This document shows, one piece after another, positions 49,041 to 58,867 of a DNA stretch of 64,000 nucleotides. The notes beneath the pieces are model-generated. The model saw only the letters and a program-made list of their open reading frames with translations, did not search any database and was not told the origin of the DNA. Numbering within the stretch: the stretch's first letter is position 1; each line of letters begins with the position of its first letter. The stretch is taken from contig JBJMOW010000005.1 of NCBI GenBank assembly GCA_045803545.1, positions 864,001 through 928,000 on the forward strand. Reading direction: 5' to 3'. The DNA is from Gemmatimonadaceae bacterium (GTDB lineage: Bacteria; Gemmatimonadota; Gemmatimonadetes; Gemmatimonadales; Gemmatimonadaceae). Position numbers and translations under genes: made by a program.

Positions 49041-49603
49041 CCGCGAGTCGTCTCGCCGGCGGGAATCGAGGAGAGGAAGCTCTCGACGATTTTGCGGTTC
49101 GATTGGTCGTCAAGATTCTTTTCGATGACTTTGCTGGCGCCGGCAATTGCCAGCTCAATCGCCTCACGACGCATTTCGGCGATGGCGCGCTCCTTCTCCT
49201 GCGCGATCTCGCGCCGCGCCGACTCCAATATGTGCTGTTGCTGCTGGCGAGTCTCCTCGATCATCTGGGCACGAACCTGCTCGCCGGTCTGACGACCTTC
49301 GACGATGATCTTCTGAGCCTCGTTCCGCGCGGACTCGATCTGACGCTTCTGCTCGGCGAGGACTTGCGCCGCTTCTTCACGATCTCTCTTTGCGCCTTCA
49401 ATCGCGTCCTCGAGCGCTTTCTCACGCGCTTCAACGGCAGCAGTGATCTTCGGGAAGACCAATCGCGCGAGGATTATGAAAAGGACGATGAAGGTGACCA
49501 GAGTCCAGAACATCAGGCCGCCGTTTGGTGTCAGCAGGTCGCCGCCGCTGGATTCTTCCGGTGCCACCTGTGCTGCCTGTAGAAGTGCGAAGAAAGCGTT
49601 CAT
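49037..49603 (-). CDS. atpF: ATP synthase F0 subunit b
   Basis: FWTLVTFIVLF TM followed by a long coiled coil; position in the operon. Confidence 0.95.
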   Translation of the reverse strand: MNAFFALLQAAQVAPEESSGGDLLTPNGGLMFWTLVTFIVLFIILARLVFPKITAAVEAREKALEDAIEGAKRDREEAAQVLAEQKRQIESARNEAQKIIVEGRQTGEQVRAQMIEETRQQQQHILESARREIAQEKERAIAEMRREAIELAIAGASKVIEKNLDDQSNRKIVESFLSSIPAGETTRG

Positions 49604-49685
49604 GTTTGTTTTGGCTCGAAGGACGGAGCTGTCAGTGTTTGAGAAGTACCGACGGTGGGTCCGGGACCCACCGTCGGCGAGCGTG

Positions 49686-49970
49686 CTAGAACTTGAACTT
49701 GTTCTGAACCAGGAACGCAATAACGATCGAGAACAGCGCAATTCCCTCGATCAGTGCTGCGAAGATGATTGCACCAGTTTGAATGCGAGCGGCCATCTCC
49801 GGTTGACGTGCCATGCCGTCCATTGCCTGGCCGGCGAGTCGTCCGATACCGATGCCTGCACCAATCGTAGCGAGACCGCCCCCGAGACCTGCACCGAGCA
49901 GCGCCCATGCACCGGCGTACTCGCGGGTGAAGCCGGCTGCCGCCTGAAGCAGAGGATACATCATAACCAT
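49686..49970 (-). CDS. atpE: ATP synthase F0 subunit c
   Basis: GAGIGIG, ARQPE and ALIEG motifs; H+-type pattern (no Q..E-S/T Na+ signature). Confidence 0.96.
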   Translation of the reverse strand: MVMMYPLLQAAAGFTREYAGAWALLGAGLGGGLATIGAGIGIGRLAGQAMDGMARQPEMAARIQTGAIIFAALIEGIALFSIVIAFLVQNKFKF

Positions 49971-50113
49971 TTTCTTACCCTCTTCCTTTGTAGCAATCGT
50001 GATTGGTCATGCTCGCGATCACGACATCGCTATCCGTAAACGGAGCAAAGGCTCCAACGGAATTCTCCGACCGGCTCGGTCGGATACCTACACGGAGTTG
50101 AGCAAGCTCCGCG

Positions 50114-50962
50114 TCAGTGTGCACTCTCGCGGATCAATCCGATAAACACACTGGTGAGCAGCATAAAGATGAACGCCTGCAGAAATCCGACGAATATTTC
50201 CAGACCTGATATGGCGAGTGCCATCGCGATCGGCAGCGGAACAAGAATCCAGCTGGCGAACGTGAAGATGAGGCTGATCAGCGCCAGCAGCACGACGTGT
50301 CCGGAAATCATGTTGGCGAACAGACGGATCGCCAGCGCAAAAGGCTTGGTGAGCTTCCCGATGATCTCGATCGGCGTGAGAATCGGCGAAATGAAGAGCT
50401 TCATGCCGAGCGACATATCCTGCGGCCAGAATACTATGGTATTGATGTAGCCTTTTCCGAGTGCTCGCATGCCCGCGACTTCAATCACGATGAAACTCAC
50501 GATAGCCAGCGCCGCTGTGACGGAAATGTTTCCGGTCGCAGTGGCGCCATACGGGACGAGTCCAAGCAGATTGGCGAAGAGCACGAAGAAGAAAACCGTT
50601 AGCAAATAGGGAACGAACGCGTTGCCATGTGCGCCGACGTTAGGCAAAATGATTTCGTTGCGGAGGTAGAGAATGATCGCCTCGAAACCATTGCCCACTC
50701 CACTCGGCGCTTTGCCTTCGCGTGTGCGCCGATTGTGGCCACGGAGAGCGAGCAGCGTAAAGAGCAGACAGAGCAGCGCGGCAACCCAAAGCATCACGAC
50801 GTGTCGCGTCGGCGAGACGTCGAGCGCGAAGTTCCCGATGTGGATCGGTTTCCAGCGCGGCAGCTCGTACTCGCACACGAATCCGGTGTGGAGGCACGGA
50901 TAGTCAAGCGTGTGCGAGTCGGTGATGTGCGGCGTTATGAAGTCTTTGGCGTCAGCGATCAT
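50114..50962 (-). CDS. atpB: ATP synthase F0 subunit a
   Basis: PFALAIRLFANMISGH and LQAFIFMLL motifs. Confidence 0.96.
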   Translation of the reverse strand: MIADAKDFITPHITDSHTLDYPCLHTGFVCEYELPRWKPIHIGNFALDVSPTRHVVMLWVAALLCLLFTLLALRGHNRRTREGKAPSGVGNGFEAIILYLRNEIILPNVGAHGNAFVPYLLTVFFFVLFANLLGLVPYGATATGNISVTAALAIVSFIVIEVAGMRALGKGYINTIVFWPQDMSLGMKLFISPILTPIEIIGKLTKPFALAIRLFANMISGHVVLLALISLIFTFASWILVPLPIAMALAISGLEIFVGFLQAFIFMLLTSVFIGLIRESAH

Positions 50963-51326
50963 ATTCGAGCAACAGCGGTTCGGCCATCATTGTCAAAAAG
51001 AAGAACGTCACCAGGCTCACCAGCGCCGCTTCGAGCGAGACGTTGAAGATCCTCGCCACCGGCGCGTACAGCACCAGCACCATCAGCCTTAATCCTGCGC
51101 CCAATCCCCAACGGATAAACAACTCACCAGTCGCTTCGCCGCTTGTCCTCGACGGGCGGAGCAGGGCAAAAGCGCCGAGCTGTACTGCGAAAGCCAGTCC
51201 AGCTGAAACCAGCATCGCTTCGTGTTCCTCGACAGTCCTGAAGTAGGCCCTCAGGATGATTGTCGCGACGACGATTAGAGTGGCGGAGATTCCAGCGAAA
51301 TAGGCAATCGCCCGTTTCTGTCTCAC
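50952..51326 (-). CDS. atpI: ATP synthase accessory protein I-like membrane protein
   Basis: Four TM segments, directly upstream of atpB. Confidence 0.7.
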   Translation of the reverse strand: MRQKRAIAYFAGISATLIVVATIILRAYFRTVEEHEAMLVSAGLAFAVQLGAFALLRPSRTSGEATGELFIRWGLGAGLRLMVLVLYAPVARIFNVSLEAALVSLVTFFFLTMMAEPLLLEYDR

Positions 51327-51616
51327 TTATTCGACGTCCGGCTTCCATCGTCGCCGCGCCGTCTCGCCGCCCTCTCTGCGTCGTCCTGCTTCTGCGCCGC
51401 GCTGATCTTGCGGTACATATTGTAGAACGCCGCCGCTGCGCCGACAAAAACGCTGGCGATGGTGAACAACCCGTTGGTAGCAAGTCGTTTATCGAGCCAC
51501 TGGCCAGCGAACAGGAAGACGATGATCGCGATGGCGAATTGCATTCCGACGCCGGCGAAATCGGCGCCGGACAGACCCTTTTTCGGGCTCTGTTGCGACC
51601 GCTTTCCGTCTTCCAT
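51323..51616 (-). CDS. AtpZ/AtpI family protein
   Basis: GMQFAIAIIVFLFAGQWLDKRL...FVGAAAAFY motif. Confidence 0.85.
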   Translation of the reverse strand: MEDGKRSQQSPKKGLSGADFAGVGMQFAIAIIVFLFAGQWLDKRLATNGLFTIASVFVGAAAAFYNMYRKISAAQKQDDAERAARRRGDDGSRTSNK

Positions 51617-51637
51617 TTCGCGGAGGAAAATAACCGC

Positions 51638-51655
51638 TTGTGAAGATTTTCACAA
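51638..51655. promoter_or_regulatory. Rex-type operator upstream of the atp operon
   Basis: TTGTGAA-GATT-TTCACAA exactly matches the TTGTGAA-N4-TTCACAA Rex consensus, about 22 bp from the atpZ start. Confidence 0.75.
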
Positions 51656-51834
51656 GCGATTGTGGAGGCGGTTTCCGAACGTAGACCGAAGATCTGTAAA
51701 CGGTGCAAGTCGAAGACTGATGCGAGGTTAGTCTGTGACTTGATTGTTGACCGTTCGTCTATGTGTCGATAAGTTGGCCTTCTTGGAAAATGTGAGAAAG
51801 GCCCGCCCGCCCTTTATGAATCGCCGCTACTACA

Positions 51835-52311
51835 TTGGATAACCGTCTCATTCTCCCGTTGCTGTGCGCCGCATCAGTTGCGTTCGCCGCCGCCCCCTCC
51901 TTCTCGCACGACGACAAGCCGATTGCCAGCCCGAAGCTGGGTAGAGACGCAACCAGCACCGCGCCAATCGTCACCAAGTTCGACATAACGAGACCGAACA
52001 ACGACGCGAGTAAGCTTCGTTTCACGCTCAACATCAGAAACAACACCAGCAAGATGCTCGAGCTGCGGTTCCCCAGCGGACAGACTCACGACTTCGTGGT
52101 CAGGGATTTCGCCGGCACCGAAGTGTGGCGCTGGAGCTCAGGGCACATGTTCACTTCGGTGATGCGCGCGACGATGATCAAGGGAAAGAGCCAGGCGAGC
52201 TACGCCGAAAGCTGGAGCACCAAGGGACAGCACGGTACGTTCACAGCGGTCGCGATACTCAAGAGCGATAACTTCCCGGTCGAGTCCACCGTTCAATTCG
52301 TCCTGCCGTAA
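51835..52311 (+). CDS. exported protein with BsuPI (intracellular proteinase inhibitor)-like domain
   Basis: LRFPSGQTHDFVV...EVWRWSSGHMFTSVM motif; signal peptide. Confidence 0.8.
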   Translation: MDNRLILPLLCAASVAFAAAPSFSHDDKPIASPKLGRDATSTAPIVTKFDITRPNNDASKLRFTLNIRNNTSKMLELRFPSGQTHDFVVRDFAGTEVWRWSSGHMFTSVMRATMIKGKSQASYAESWSTKGQHGTFTAVAILKSDNFPVESTVQFVLP

Positions 52312-52344
52312 TTACTGCGGACTGCGGACAAACTGCAAACGACT

Positions 52345-52373
52345 AAACGCGCTCTGACGAGCGCGTTTTTTGT
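52345..52373 (+). terminator. Rho-independent terminator
   Basis: AAACGCGCTC-tgac-GAGCGCGTTTTTT. Confidence 0.85.
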
Positions 52374-52612
52374 TGGTGGGACCAAAGGTGGGAGTTGCCA
52401 GAGATTGCACAGATCTCAGTTTGCGGTTGTTTTACACGTATTCTGAGCGTCGCCGCATCCTCTTTCCATATCGCCATCCCCATCCCTCATCCCAACAACA
52501 CCGCGCTACATCTACGAAGCCAAGGGTTTCACCTGCTCAGAAAAGACGATCGCCAAACCACGGCAAAAAATTTGGTTGGCCATTACCAGCACCCATCGCT
52601 AAAGTTCTGAAC

Positions 52613-53377
52613 ATGAGACTCCACCCGTCGCTGTTCGCTGTGCTGCTCGTGTGTGTTCCCGCCGTGAGCGGTGCCCAAGCCAAGAATTCCGTCGTTATCG
52701 CGTCGGTCACCGACGCGAAGTCGGGCCAACCGATCTCCGATGCACAGGTGACGCTCGACGACTTGAACATCACCGCCAGAACTGACTGGAGCGGCGAGGC
52801 ACGCATCGCCGGCGTCGCCGGGGGCGAACACAACTTCATCATCGTCAAGCCTGGCTATGACTCGATGGTCGTTGCGCTGCAGGTTCAGGGCGACTCCGTC
52901 GGGCCGGTTTTTCGACTGCTCAAATCCGGTACGACGACCACCACGACGCCAACGCTCGCTCCCGTGACGGTGCCCGCCGACCCCTCGACGTCCTATCTCG
53001 CCGAGTTCGAGACGCGGCGCGCGCAAGGTCAAGGCAAGTATCTAACGGCGCCCGATCTCGAGAAGAAGGCAAACCGCTCTCTGGTGACGGTGCTGGCGCA
53101 GGCGTTCGGAGGACTGATGTCCACGTCTGATCTTACGCGTCCGGGACACAACATCCTGACGACTCGTCGGACGCGGCCACGCCTGAACGGGGCCTCAGCC
53201 GATGTCCACTGCGGCGTCGACATTTACATGGACGGGTCGCCGTACCTCGACGATCTCGAAGCGATTCGTCCGAGTGAGCTCGCCGGAGTAGAGTACTACC
53301 CGATCGAGAGCGCCCCTGGCGAATACCGCAGGCTCACCGACAACTGCGGCGTGTTGATTCTCTGGACCAAGAAGTAA
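52613..53377 (+). CDS. exported carboxypeptidase-regulatory-like + TonB plug-like protein (no barrel)
   Basis: Signal peptide; ARTDWSGEARI; FETRR; C..IYMDG...ELAGVEYY...CGVLILWTK. Confidence 0.75.
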   Translation: MRLHPSLFAVLLVCVPAVSGAQAKNSVVIASVTDAKSGQPISDAQVTLDDLNITARTDWSGEARIAGVAGGEHNFIIVKPGYDSMVVALQVQGDSVGPVFRLLKSGTTTTTTPTLAPVTVPADPSTSYLAEFETRRAQGQGKYLTAPDLEKKANRSLVTVLAQAFGGLMSTSDLTRPGHNILTTRRTRPRLNGASADVHCGVDIYMDGSPYLDDLEAIRPSELAGVEYYPIESAPGEYRRLTDNCGVLILWTKK

Positions 53378-53433
53378 TCGTTGGGCTCGAGGGAGCACTC
53401 CCGAGATCCGCGACCACCCTCGGAGAATGAGTC

Positions 53434-53879
53434 CTACTGACCCGGCTGCGGCGTCGGCGGTTTGCTGTAGCTCACACCGCCGCCCCCGAGCGACTTCCCA
53501 ATCCAGATCGCGCCGCCGGTAATCAGCGCGGCAAGCAACACCGAGCGGCCAACCTGCACATGCTTTTGCGAGACGGCGACAACGTAGCGCGATGGAATCA
53601 ACACCGTCTCGCCGCGGAAGGCCTGATCATCGGCATCGACGCGGCCGACTTCGTTCGCGGATATCGCGACGCCCGAATCGGACACCGAGCGCACCCGACC
53701 TTCAATCGATTGGATCTGCGATCCCAGCTGCCCGAAATTCTGATTGCGGGCGTCATCACTGAGCGCGAGTCGCACCGTTCCCACCCCGGTGCAGTCTGCA
53801 GCGTAATTGGCGCATACGTCGAGCACGCGCCGGCCGCAAAACATCCCAGCGTCAACGACGCAACAAGTCTATGTCTCAT
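53434..53879 (-). pseudogene. small lipoprotein gene split by a 1-nt frameshift at a G4 run
   Basis: The leader MRHRLVASLTLGCFAAGAC-STYAPITLQTAPG is in one frame and VGTVRLALSDD...PQPGQ in another. One extra G in the run at 53784-53787 joins them. Confidence 0.7.
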
Positions 53880-53892
53880 AAACTTCCCGTCT

Positions 53893-53932
53893 AAAGAAAA
53901 TCCGGGTATGCGTCCTTCGACGCATACCCGGA
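53893..53932 (-). terminator. terminator after susD
   Basis: TCCGGGTATGCGTC-N4-GACGCATACCCGGA 14-bp stem, followed by TTTTCTTT on the minus strand. Confidence 0.85.
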
Positions 53933-53955
53933 CCACCTCGTTCAAAATCAATGCA

Positions 53956-55302
53956 CTACCCAGCCAGACAGGCCTGGCCGGTTCCGTCGGAGACGGTATT
54001 CGCCGGATCGTTCGGATTGCGCGACCCGTTGAATCCCTGTCCTGCGGGCGGAATGTTGGTGTTCGTGAAGCGCTCGTTCGGATCGTAGTACATGCGACCG
54101 GGCATCTTCTGTCCCGCCTGAGTCGGCGCGAAGTTCGGAGTGCACGTGCGCTTGTAATCGTTCCACGCTTCGTGACCGAGCTGGAAATCGGCGATGTACT
54201 TCTCGGTCAGGATCTCATTGAGCAGCGCCTGTCCAGCGACTGCTTCGGGAGCCAGTCCGTGGTTGTCGCGCTCTTCGTTCAGCTTCGCCAATGCCGTCAC
54301 CTGATCGCCGGTCCGATAAGCCGCCTCGGCCCAGATCAGAGTGTTTTCATCGTACGAGACGAAGGTCTGCGGATAATTCGGAGCCAGCCTCGTTCCACTC
54401 AGGTTCGTCGCCGCGCCGTTGAAATAATCCTGGCGCCGCGGGTCACTACGCGTACTGAGCAGACTCACGAACTGCGGGTCCGGGATCAGATAACCACCGC
54501 GCCCGATCGTCAATTGGAACTGGTAGTAGAAGTTCGTCTCATTGGTGTTGCTGGTGAACGCGCCGAAGTAGTTCCCCGCGTCGGAGCTGATTCCCTGCTC
54601 CGCCTCGGCGAGCGCCGCCGCGTACGCCGCCTGTCCACGAACCTCCGCCGTGTGCATGTAGAATCTCGCCTTGAGCGTGTGCGCGAGCGCAGTCCACGCG
54701 TCGGTATCGCCGCCATAGACCAGGTCTGAAGCCACCGGCGGCGAATTCGTCTCCGCGGTGCTGGCCATATTGGCGATCGCTGCCGACAACACTTTCTGCA
54801 CCGAATCGTAAACCGTCAGCTGATTATCAAGCGGCGGGTTTAGTTCGTTGGTCAGCGCGTGCGAGTAGACGATGTCACCGAACAGGTCAGCGCCGGTTCC
54901 CATCGTGAGCCCTTCCTGTACCTGCAGGATGCCGAGCATCGCAAAGTTGTTCGCCTCCTTCGCGAGATTCTGCGCGCGCACGATGTCAACGAGACCACCG
55001 GCAGCGTAGAGACCGATGTTGAACCCGCTCTGAATGCCTTCGTCGTAGAGGTAGTTGTAGATGCTTTGGTACTGGTTCTGACCGCCGGCGAACTGACGCG
55101 CCCACATGCCCGTTACGCGCGCCGGATCGCTGCCGAGCAGCGCCCAAATGGCCCCCTCTGCGCCGGCGAACAACTGATTAGCCGTCGCAACTTGCGGCCG
55201 ATTCGGATCGTTGCTCAGATCCCCGCCCGTCAGATAATCACCTTTGCAGCTCGTCGCCGTCAGCCCGACGACAACGAGCGCGAGATATCGAAGTTTTATC
55301 AC
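53956..55302 (-). CDS. SusD/RagB family lipoprotein
   Basis: Lipobox ATSC; DPNRP, DLFGDIVYS, AHTLKARFY, EKYIA and EAWNDYKRT motifs. Confidence 0.92.
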   Translation of the reverse strand: MIKLRYLALVVVGLTATSCKGDYLTGGDLSNDPNRPQVATANQLFAGAEGAIWALLGSDPARVTGMWARQFAGGQNQYQSIYNYLYDEGIQSGFNIGLYAAGGLVDIVRAQNLAKEANNFAMLGILQVQEGLTMGTGADLFGDIVYSHALTNELNPPLDNQLTVYDSVQKVLSAAIANMASTAETNSPPVASDLVYGGDTDAWTALAHTLKARFYMHTAEVRGQAAYAAALAEAEQGISSDAGNYFGAFTSNTNETNFYYQFQLTIGRGGYLIPDPQFVSLLSTRSDPRRQDYFNGAATNLSGTRLAPNYPQTFVSYDENTLIWAEAAYRTGDQVTALAKLNEERDNHGLAPEAVAGQALLNEILTEKYIADFQLGHEAWNDYKRTCTPNFAPTQAGQKMPGRMYYDPNERFTNTNIPPAGQGFNGSRNPNDPANTVSDGTGQACLAG

Positions 55303-55318
55303 TGCAATTCTCCTTTCG

Positions 55319-58300
55319 TTATCGGTTTAGGCTGAACGACAACACGAACGACCGCGACTGCGGATTGGCGAACCAATCGAGTCCCTGAGTGAGGTACTCT
55401 GCACCCGCGTTGTTCACTTCCGGATCGAGCCCGCGATACTGCGTCCAGGTCTTCAGGTTGCGACCCGAGATGCGGATGTCCGCCGAGCTGAATCCAGTCA
55501 GGTTCTTCAGGAACGGCCGATCGAGCGTGAAGCTCAGACTCAGCTCACGCAGCTTGACCCAGCCGGCGTCTTCCATGAATTGCTCGCCAGGACCCGTGAA
55601 TCCGCCGCCAGTGCCGACGATGCTGAGCCAGTTCTCCCAGTCCTCTGGCGTATTGAGGCCGACGACTCCAGTGCCGGGACCCGCGACGTCCGGATACGCC
55701 TTCGTATCCCAACTGACGCCGTACTGGCCGGTGCCGCCGCGCGCATCGGTGTCCTTGTGAGTACCAAAGACGTAGAGAGCGCCGCGAGTACCGTTGTATT
55801 GAGTGCCGCCCTTTTTGACATCGAGCAAGCCGGACAACGTGAACTTGTTCAGAATCTTGAGCGATGACGAGTAGGACATGGTGTACTTCGGATGCGGATC
55901 ACCGATGACCCTGATCGCTGGATCAGCGACCGGTAGGCCGTCCGGACCGAGGAACAGCGCGTTTCTCTTATATCCGCCGGGTGTTGCGCCGCAGAGAGCA
56001 TCGATGTCCTGATCCGCTGCGCCCATGCCCGGCACCGCGATGTGGGTTCCCGACCCGCAGTGCACGAAACCGGTGCCGATGATGACGCCCGGTGCGTAAC
56101 CAATCACGTCAGCGCCTTCAGCTTCGTTCGCGCCGAATCCTTCCAGCAGATCGAAGATCTCAGCGCCGCCAAGATCAGTGACCTTGCCGCGGTTGCGGCC
56201 GAACTGCACGCCGAATTCCCACGCGAGATTCTGCGAGGTGTAGGGGCGGGCGTTGAACGAAACCTCGATTCCCTTGTTCGACAGCGCGGCGGTATTCTCG
56301 AACGCGCTGAGGAACCCGGTCGCGGCCGCGTTCACCGTGATCGGAAGAATCACGTCGGACGATTTCTTGTTATAGCCGACGACCGACAGATCGACCTTCT
56401 GATCGAAGAAGCCGAGATCCGCGCCGACCTCGAACTCTTTCTGCAGCTCGGGACGCAGCGCTGGATTGCCGATCCTGGTGCTGCTGGTGACGCCCGGCAC
56501 GCCGCCGACCGTGGTGCGCAAAACGTCGCCGTAACTCGACCCAAACTGCACGACCGTGCTCAATGCATTGAGCGCTGCGTACACGTCCGGCTCGCGCCCC
56601 GTTTCGCCATACGCTGCGCGCAACTTGCCGAAACTGAACAAGCCGGTCGGCTCAGATCCGTGGAACAGATTGCTGAACGTCCAGGCCGCCGACGCTTTCT
56701 TGAAAGTGTGACGACGCTGTGAAGCTCCGAACGTCGAGAATCCGTCGTTCCGCAAGCCGGCGGTCAGGTAAATCTGGTTGTAAAGATTGAACTCACCTTG
56801 CCCGAAGTAGCTCTCGATGTGACGGAGCGACTTGTTCTCGATGGCCGCCTGCGAGATGGTGTTCTCGAGCGCAAGCGGAGTAGGCGCGATCAAGCCTTCA
56901 CCAACCGTCGTGTGTTGCCGATAGCGACGTGAGTTCAGGTTTTGACCGACCGTGAAGGTCGTGTTGAAGTTCTCGCCGCGATCGAAGGTCGCCGAGGCAA
57001 GCAGGTTGTGATCGATGATCAGGTTGTTCTGATCGTTGCGAATGACGTTACCAGCGCCGTCGTTCGCCGAGGTTTGCGGCAGCGCCTGGAGCCGTGAGTC
57101 GGTGTAGTAGTCGCCACCGATCGTCTCCTTTACGTTCAGCCACGTCAGTGGATGCCAGTCGACGTTGAAGTTGGAGATGGCGCGCCCGACTTCATCGCGA
57201 TTGCCGTTGCTCGAAGCCACGAAGAACGGATTGTCGTAATACGCGCAGCACCCGAATGACTCGACTGTCGTCGCATTCGGGAATCGATAGCTGCGCTGCT
57301 GGCCGTACTGATTGAGGTACGGCTCGTTGTTGAACGCGGGCGGCGTTCTGAGCGCGCCAAGCAGCAATCCGGAAACGTCGTTGCCGCGCTGCACGAAATT
57401 GCCACGCGCATCGACGTAATTGAAGTTGCCACCAAGCGTAAGCTTGCTGCTGACTTCCTGAGTGCCCTTGAGGCGGAAGCTGGCGCGATTGTACTTGTTG
57501 TTCGGCCCCTGGATGATGCCGTCCTGATTGGTGAGACCGACGGACGAGTAGAACGTCGTGCGATCGTTGCCGCCAGAAAGCTGAATGTTGTTATCCGCAG
57601 TGAGACCTGTTTTGAACAGCTCACTCAAGTGATCGTAGGTCTGCGTGCCCGCGGGCAGTTTCGCGCCCCACGATGTACGACCGGCCGTAGGTGCGCAGTC
57701 AGGCGTGTCACCGCAGGTCGCCATCGCATCGGGAATCGGTCGCGGATCCCCGTTTGCGTTTGTGCGCGCCAGCGAGCCCTGTGCGTAATCGTGCTGCAGG
57801 AAGTCGACGAGACGAGGTTTGTCCCACGACAGCGTCGAGCCAACGCTGATACGGGTTGGTCCGCTGCGACCACGCTTGGTCGTAATCAGTATGACACCGT
57901 TCGCGGCGCGCGCACCGTAGATCGCTGCTGCCGCCGAACCCTTGAGGATCTCGATGCTCTCGATGTCGGACGGATTGACGTCAGCCGCGCGATTGGTTGT
58001 TACCGTGCCACCCTGCCTGTCGGTGACTGAGCCGCTGCCGACACCAATCGCCATCGTTGCCGGCGACACGGTCTGGTTGTCGATCGGCTGGCCATCAACG
58101 ACGAACAACGGCTGGTTGGTACCGGTCAGTGACGCTTCGCCGCGGATGACGACCGATGCAGCTGCACCGGGCTCACCCGACTGAGTGCGCACGTTCACGT
58201 TCGGCGCTTTGGCGGCGAGCGCAGCAATCACGTTTTGCGGCTCGTTGGACCGACGCAGCGCGGAGCTGTCGACGCGATTGATCGTCACGCCCAGTCGCTC

Positions 58301-58678
58301 GCGTGTTGTCGTGGTTCCGGCGCCGGTCACCACGACTTCGCCGAGGTGGAACGGATTCACCGGCAGGGTGAAGTTCTGGTTGTTCGTTGCTCCGGGCGTG
58401 AGCGCAATCTGAACCGAGCGCGCGGTGTAGCCGATGACGCGCGCGGTCAATGTCGCGGTGCCGCCTGTCGCTCTGCTCGACGGAACGATGAAGGTGTAAC
58501 TGCCATCATCGCTGGTCGTGGCGCCGATGTTGGTACCGGCGAGGAATACGCTCGCGGCACCGAGTGGCGCACCCACATCGCTCGTGACACGGCCGGTCAC
58601 GGTCGTTCCGCTTTGCGCGAACGCCGCCGATGCCGTGAATGCGAGTGTGGTGACGAATGACAAGAATTGTCTTCGCAT
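55319..58678 (-). CDS. SusC/RagA family TonB-dependent receptor
   Basis: PLFVVDG, DIESIEILKGSAAAAIYGARAANGVILITTK and GLDPE motifs; adjacent to susD. Confidence 0.95.
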   Translation of the reverse strand: MRRQFLSFVTTLAFTASAAFAQSGTTVTGRVTSDVGAPLGAASVFLAGTNIGATTSDDGSYTFIVPSSRATGGTATLTARVIGYTARSVQIALTPGATNNQNFTLPVNPFHLGEVVVTGAGTTTTRERLGVTINRVDSSALRRSNEPQNVIAALAAKAPNVNVRTQSGEPGAAASVVIRGEASLTGTNQPLFVVDGQPIDNQTVSPATMAIGVGSGSVTDRQGGTVTTNRAADVNPSDIESIEILKGSAAAAIYGARAANGVILITTKRGRSGPTRISVGSTLSWDKPRLVDFLQHDYAQGSLARTNANGDPRPIPDAMATCGDTPDCAPTAGRTSWGAKLPAGTQTYDHLSELFKTGLTADNNIQLSGGNDRTTFYSSVGLTNQDGIIQGPNNKYNRASFRLKGTQEVSSKLTLGGNFNYVDARGNFVQRGNDVSGLLLGALRTPPAFNNEPYLNQYGQQRSYRFPNATTVESFGCCAYYDNPFFVASSNGNRDEVGRAISNFNVDWHPLTWLNVKETIGGDYYTDSRLQALPQTSANDGAGNVIRNDQNNLIIDHNLLASATFDRGENFNTTFTVGQNLNSRRYRQHTTVGEGLIAPTPLALENTISQAAIENKSLRHIESYFGQGEFNLYNQIYLTAGLRNDGFSTFGASQRRHTFKKASAAWTFSNLFHGSEPTGLFSFGKLRAAYGETGREPDVYAALNALSTVVQFGSSYGDVLRTTVGGVPGVTSSTRIGNPALRPELQKEFEVGADLGFFDQKVDLSVVGYNKKSSDVILPITVNAAATGFLSAFENTAALSNKGIEVSFNARPYTSQNLAWEFGVQFGRNRGKVTDLGGAEIFDLLEGFGANEAEGADVIGYAPGVIIGTGFVHCGSGTHIAVPGMGAADQDIDALCGATPGGYKRNALFLGPDGLPVADPAIRVIGDPHPKYTMSYSSSLKILNKFTLSGLLDVKKGGTQYNGTRGALYVFGTHKDTDARGGTGQYGVSWDTKAYPDVAGPGTGVVGLNTPEDWENWLSIVGTGGGFTGPGEQFMEDAGWVKLRELSLSFTLDRPFLKNLTGFSSADIRISGRNLKTWTQYRGLDPEVNNAGAEYLTQGLDWFANPQSRSFVLSFSLNR

Positions 58679-58867
58679 ACAACTCACTCCTTGAGTGTGA
58701 TGTTCGGAATGTGAGAGTGAGCGCAGGCGTGTAAAAGACTTTTTGCAGTTCCGAACTGGTTAAGGAGCTGTGCGCGATTTTTTACAAATCGCATACATGG
58801 CGGGCGCGTAGTAACGCAGGCGACCCCGCGTAACGCATCATATCTTCTCACGTACACCCGTCATTAC

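Noticed and set aside
49686..49970. Na+-translocating ATP synthase
   Set aside because: Subunit c lacks the Gln and E-S/T sodium-binding signature (it reads IEGIA).
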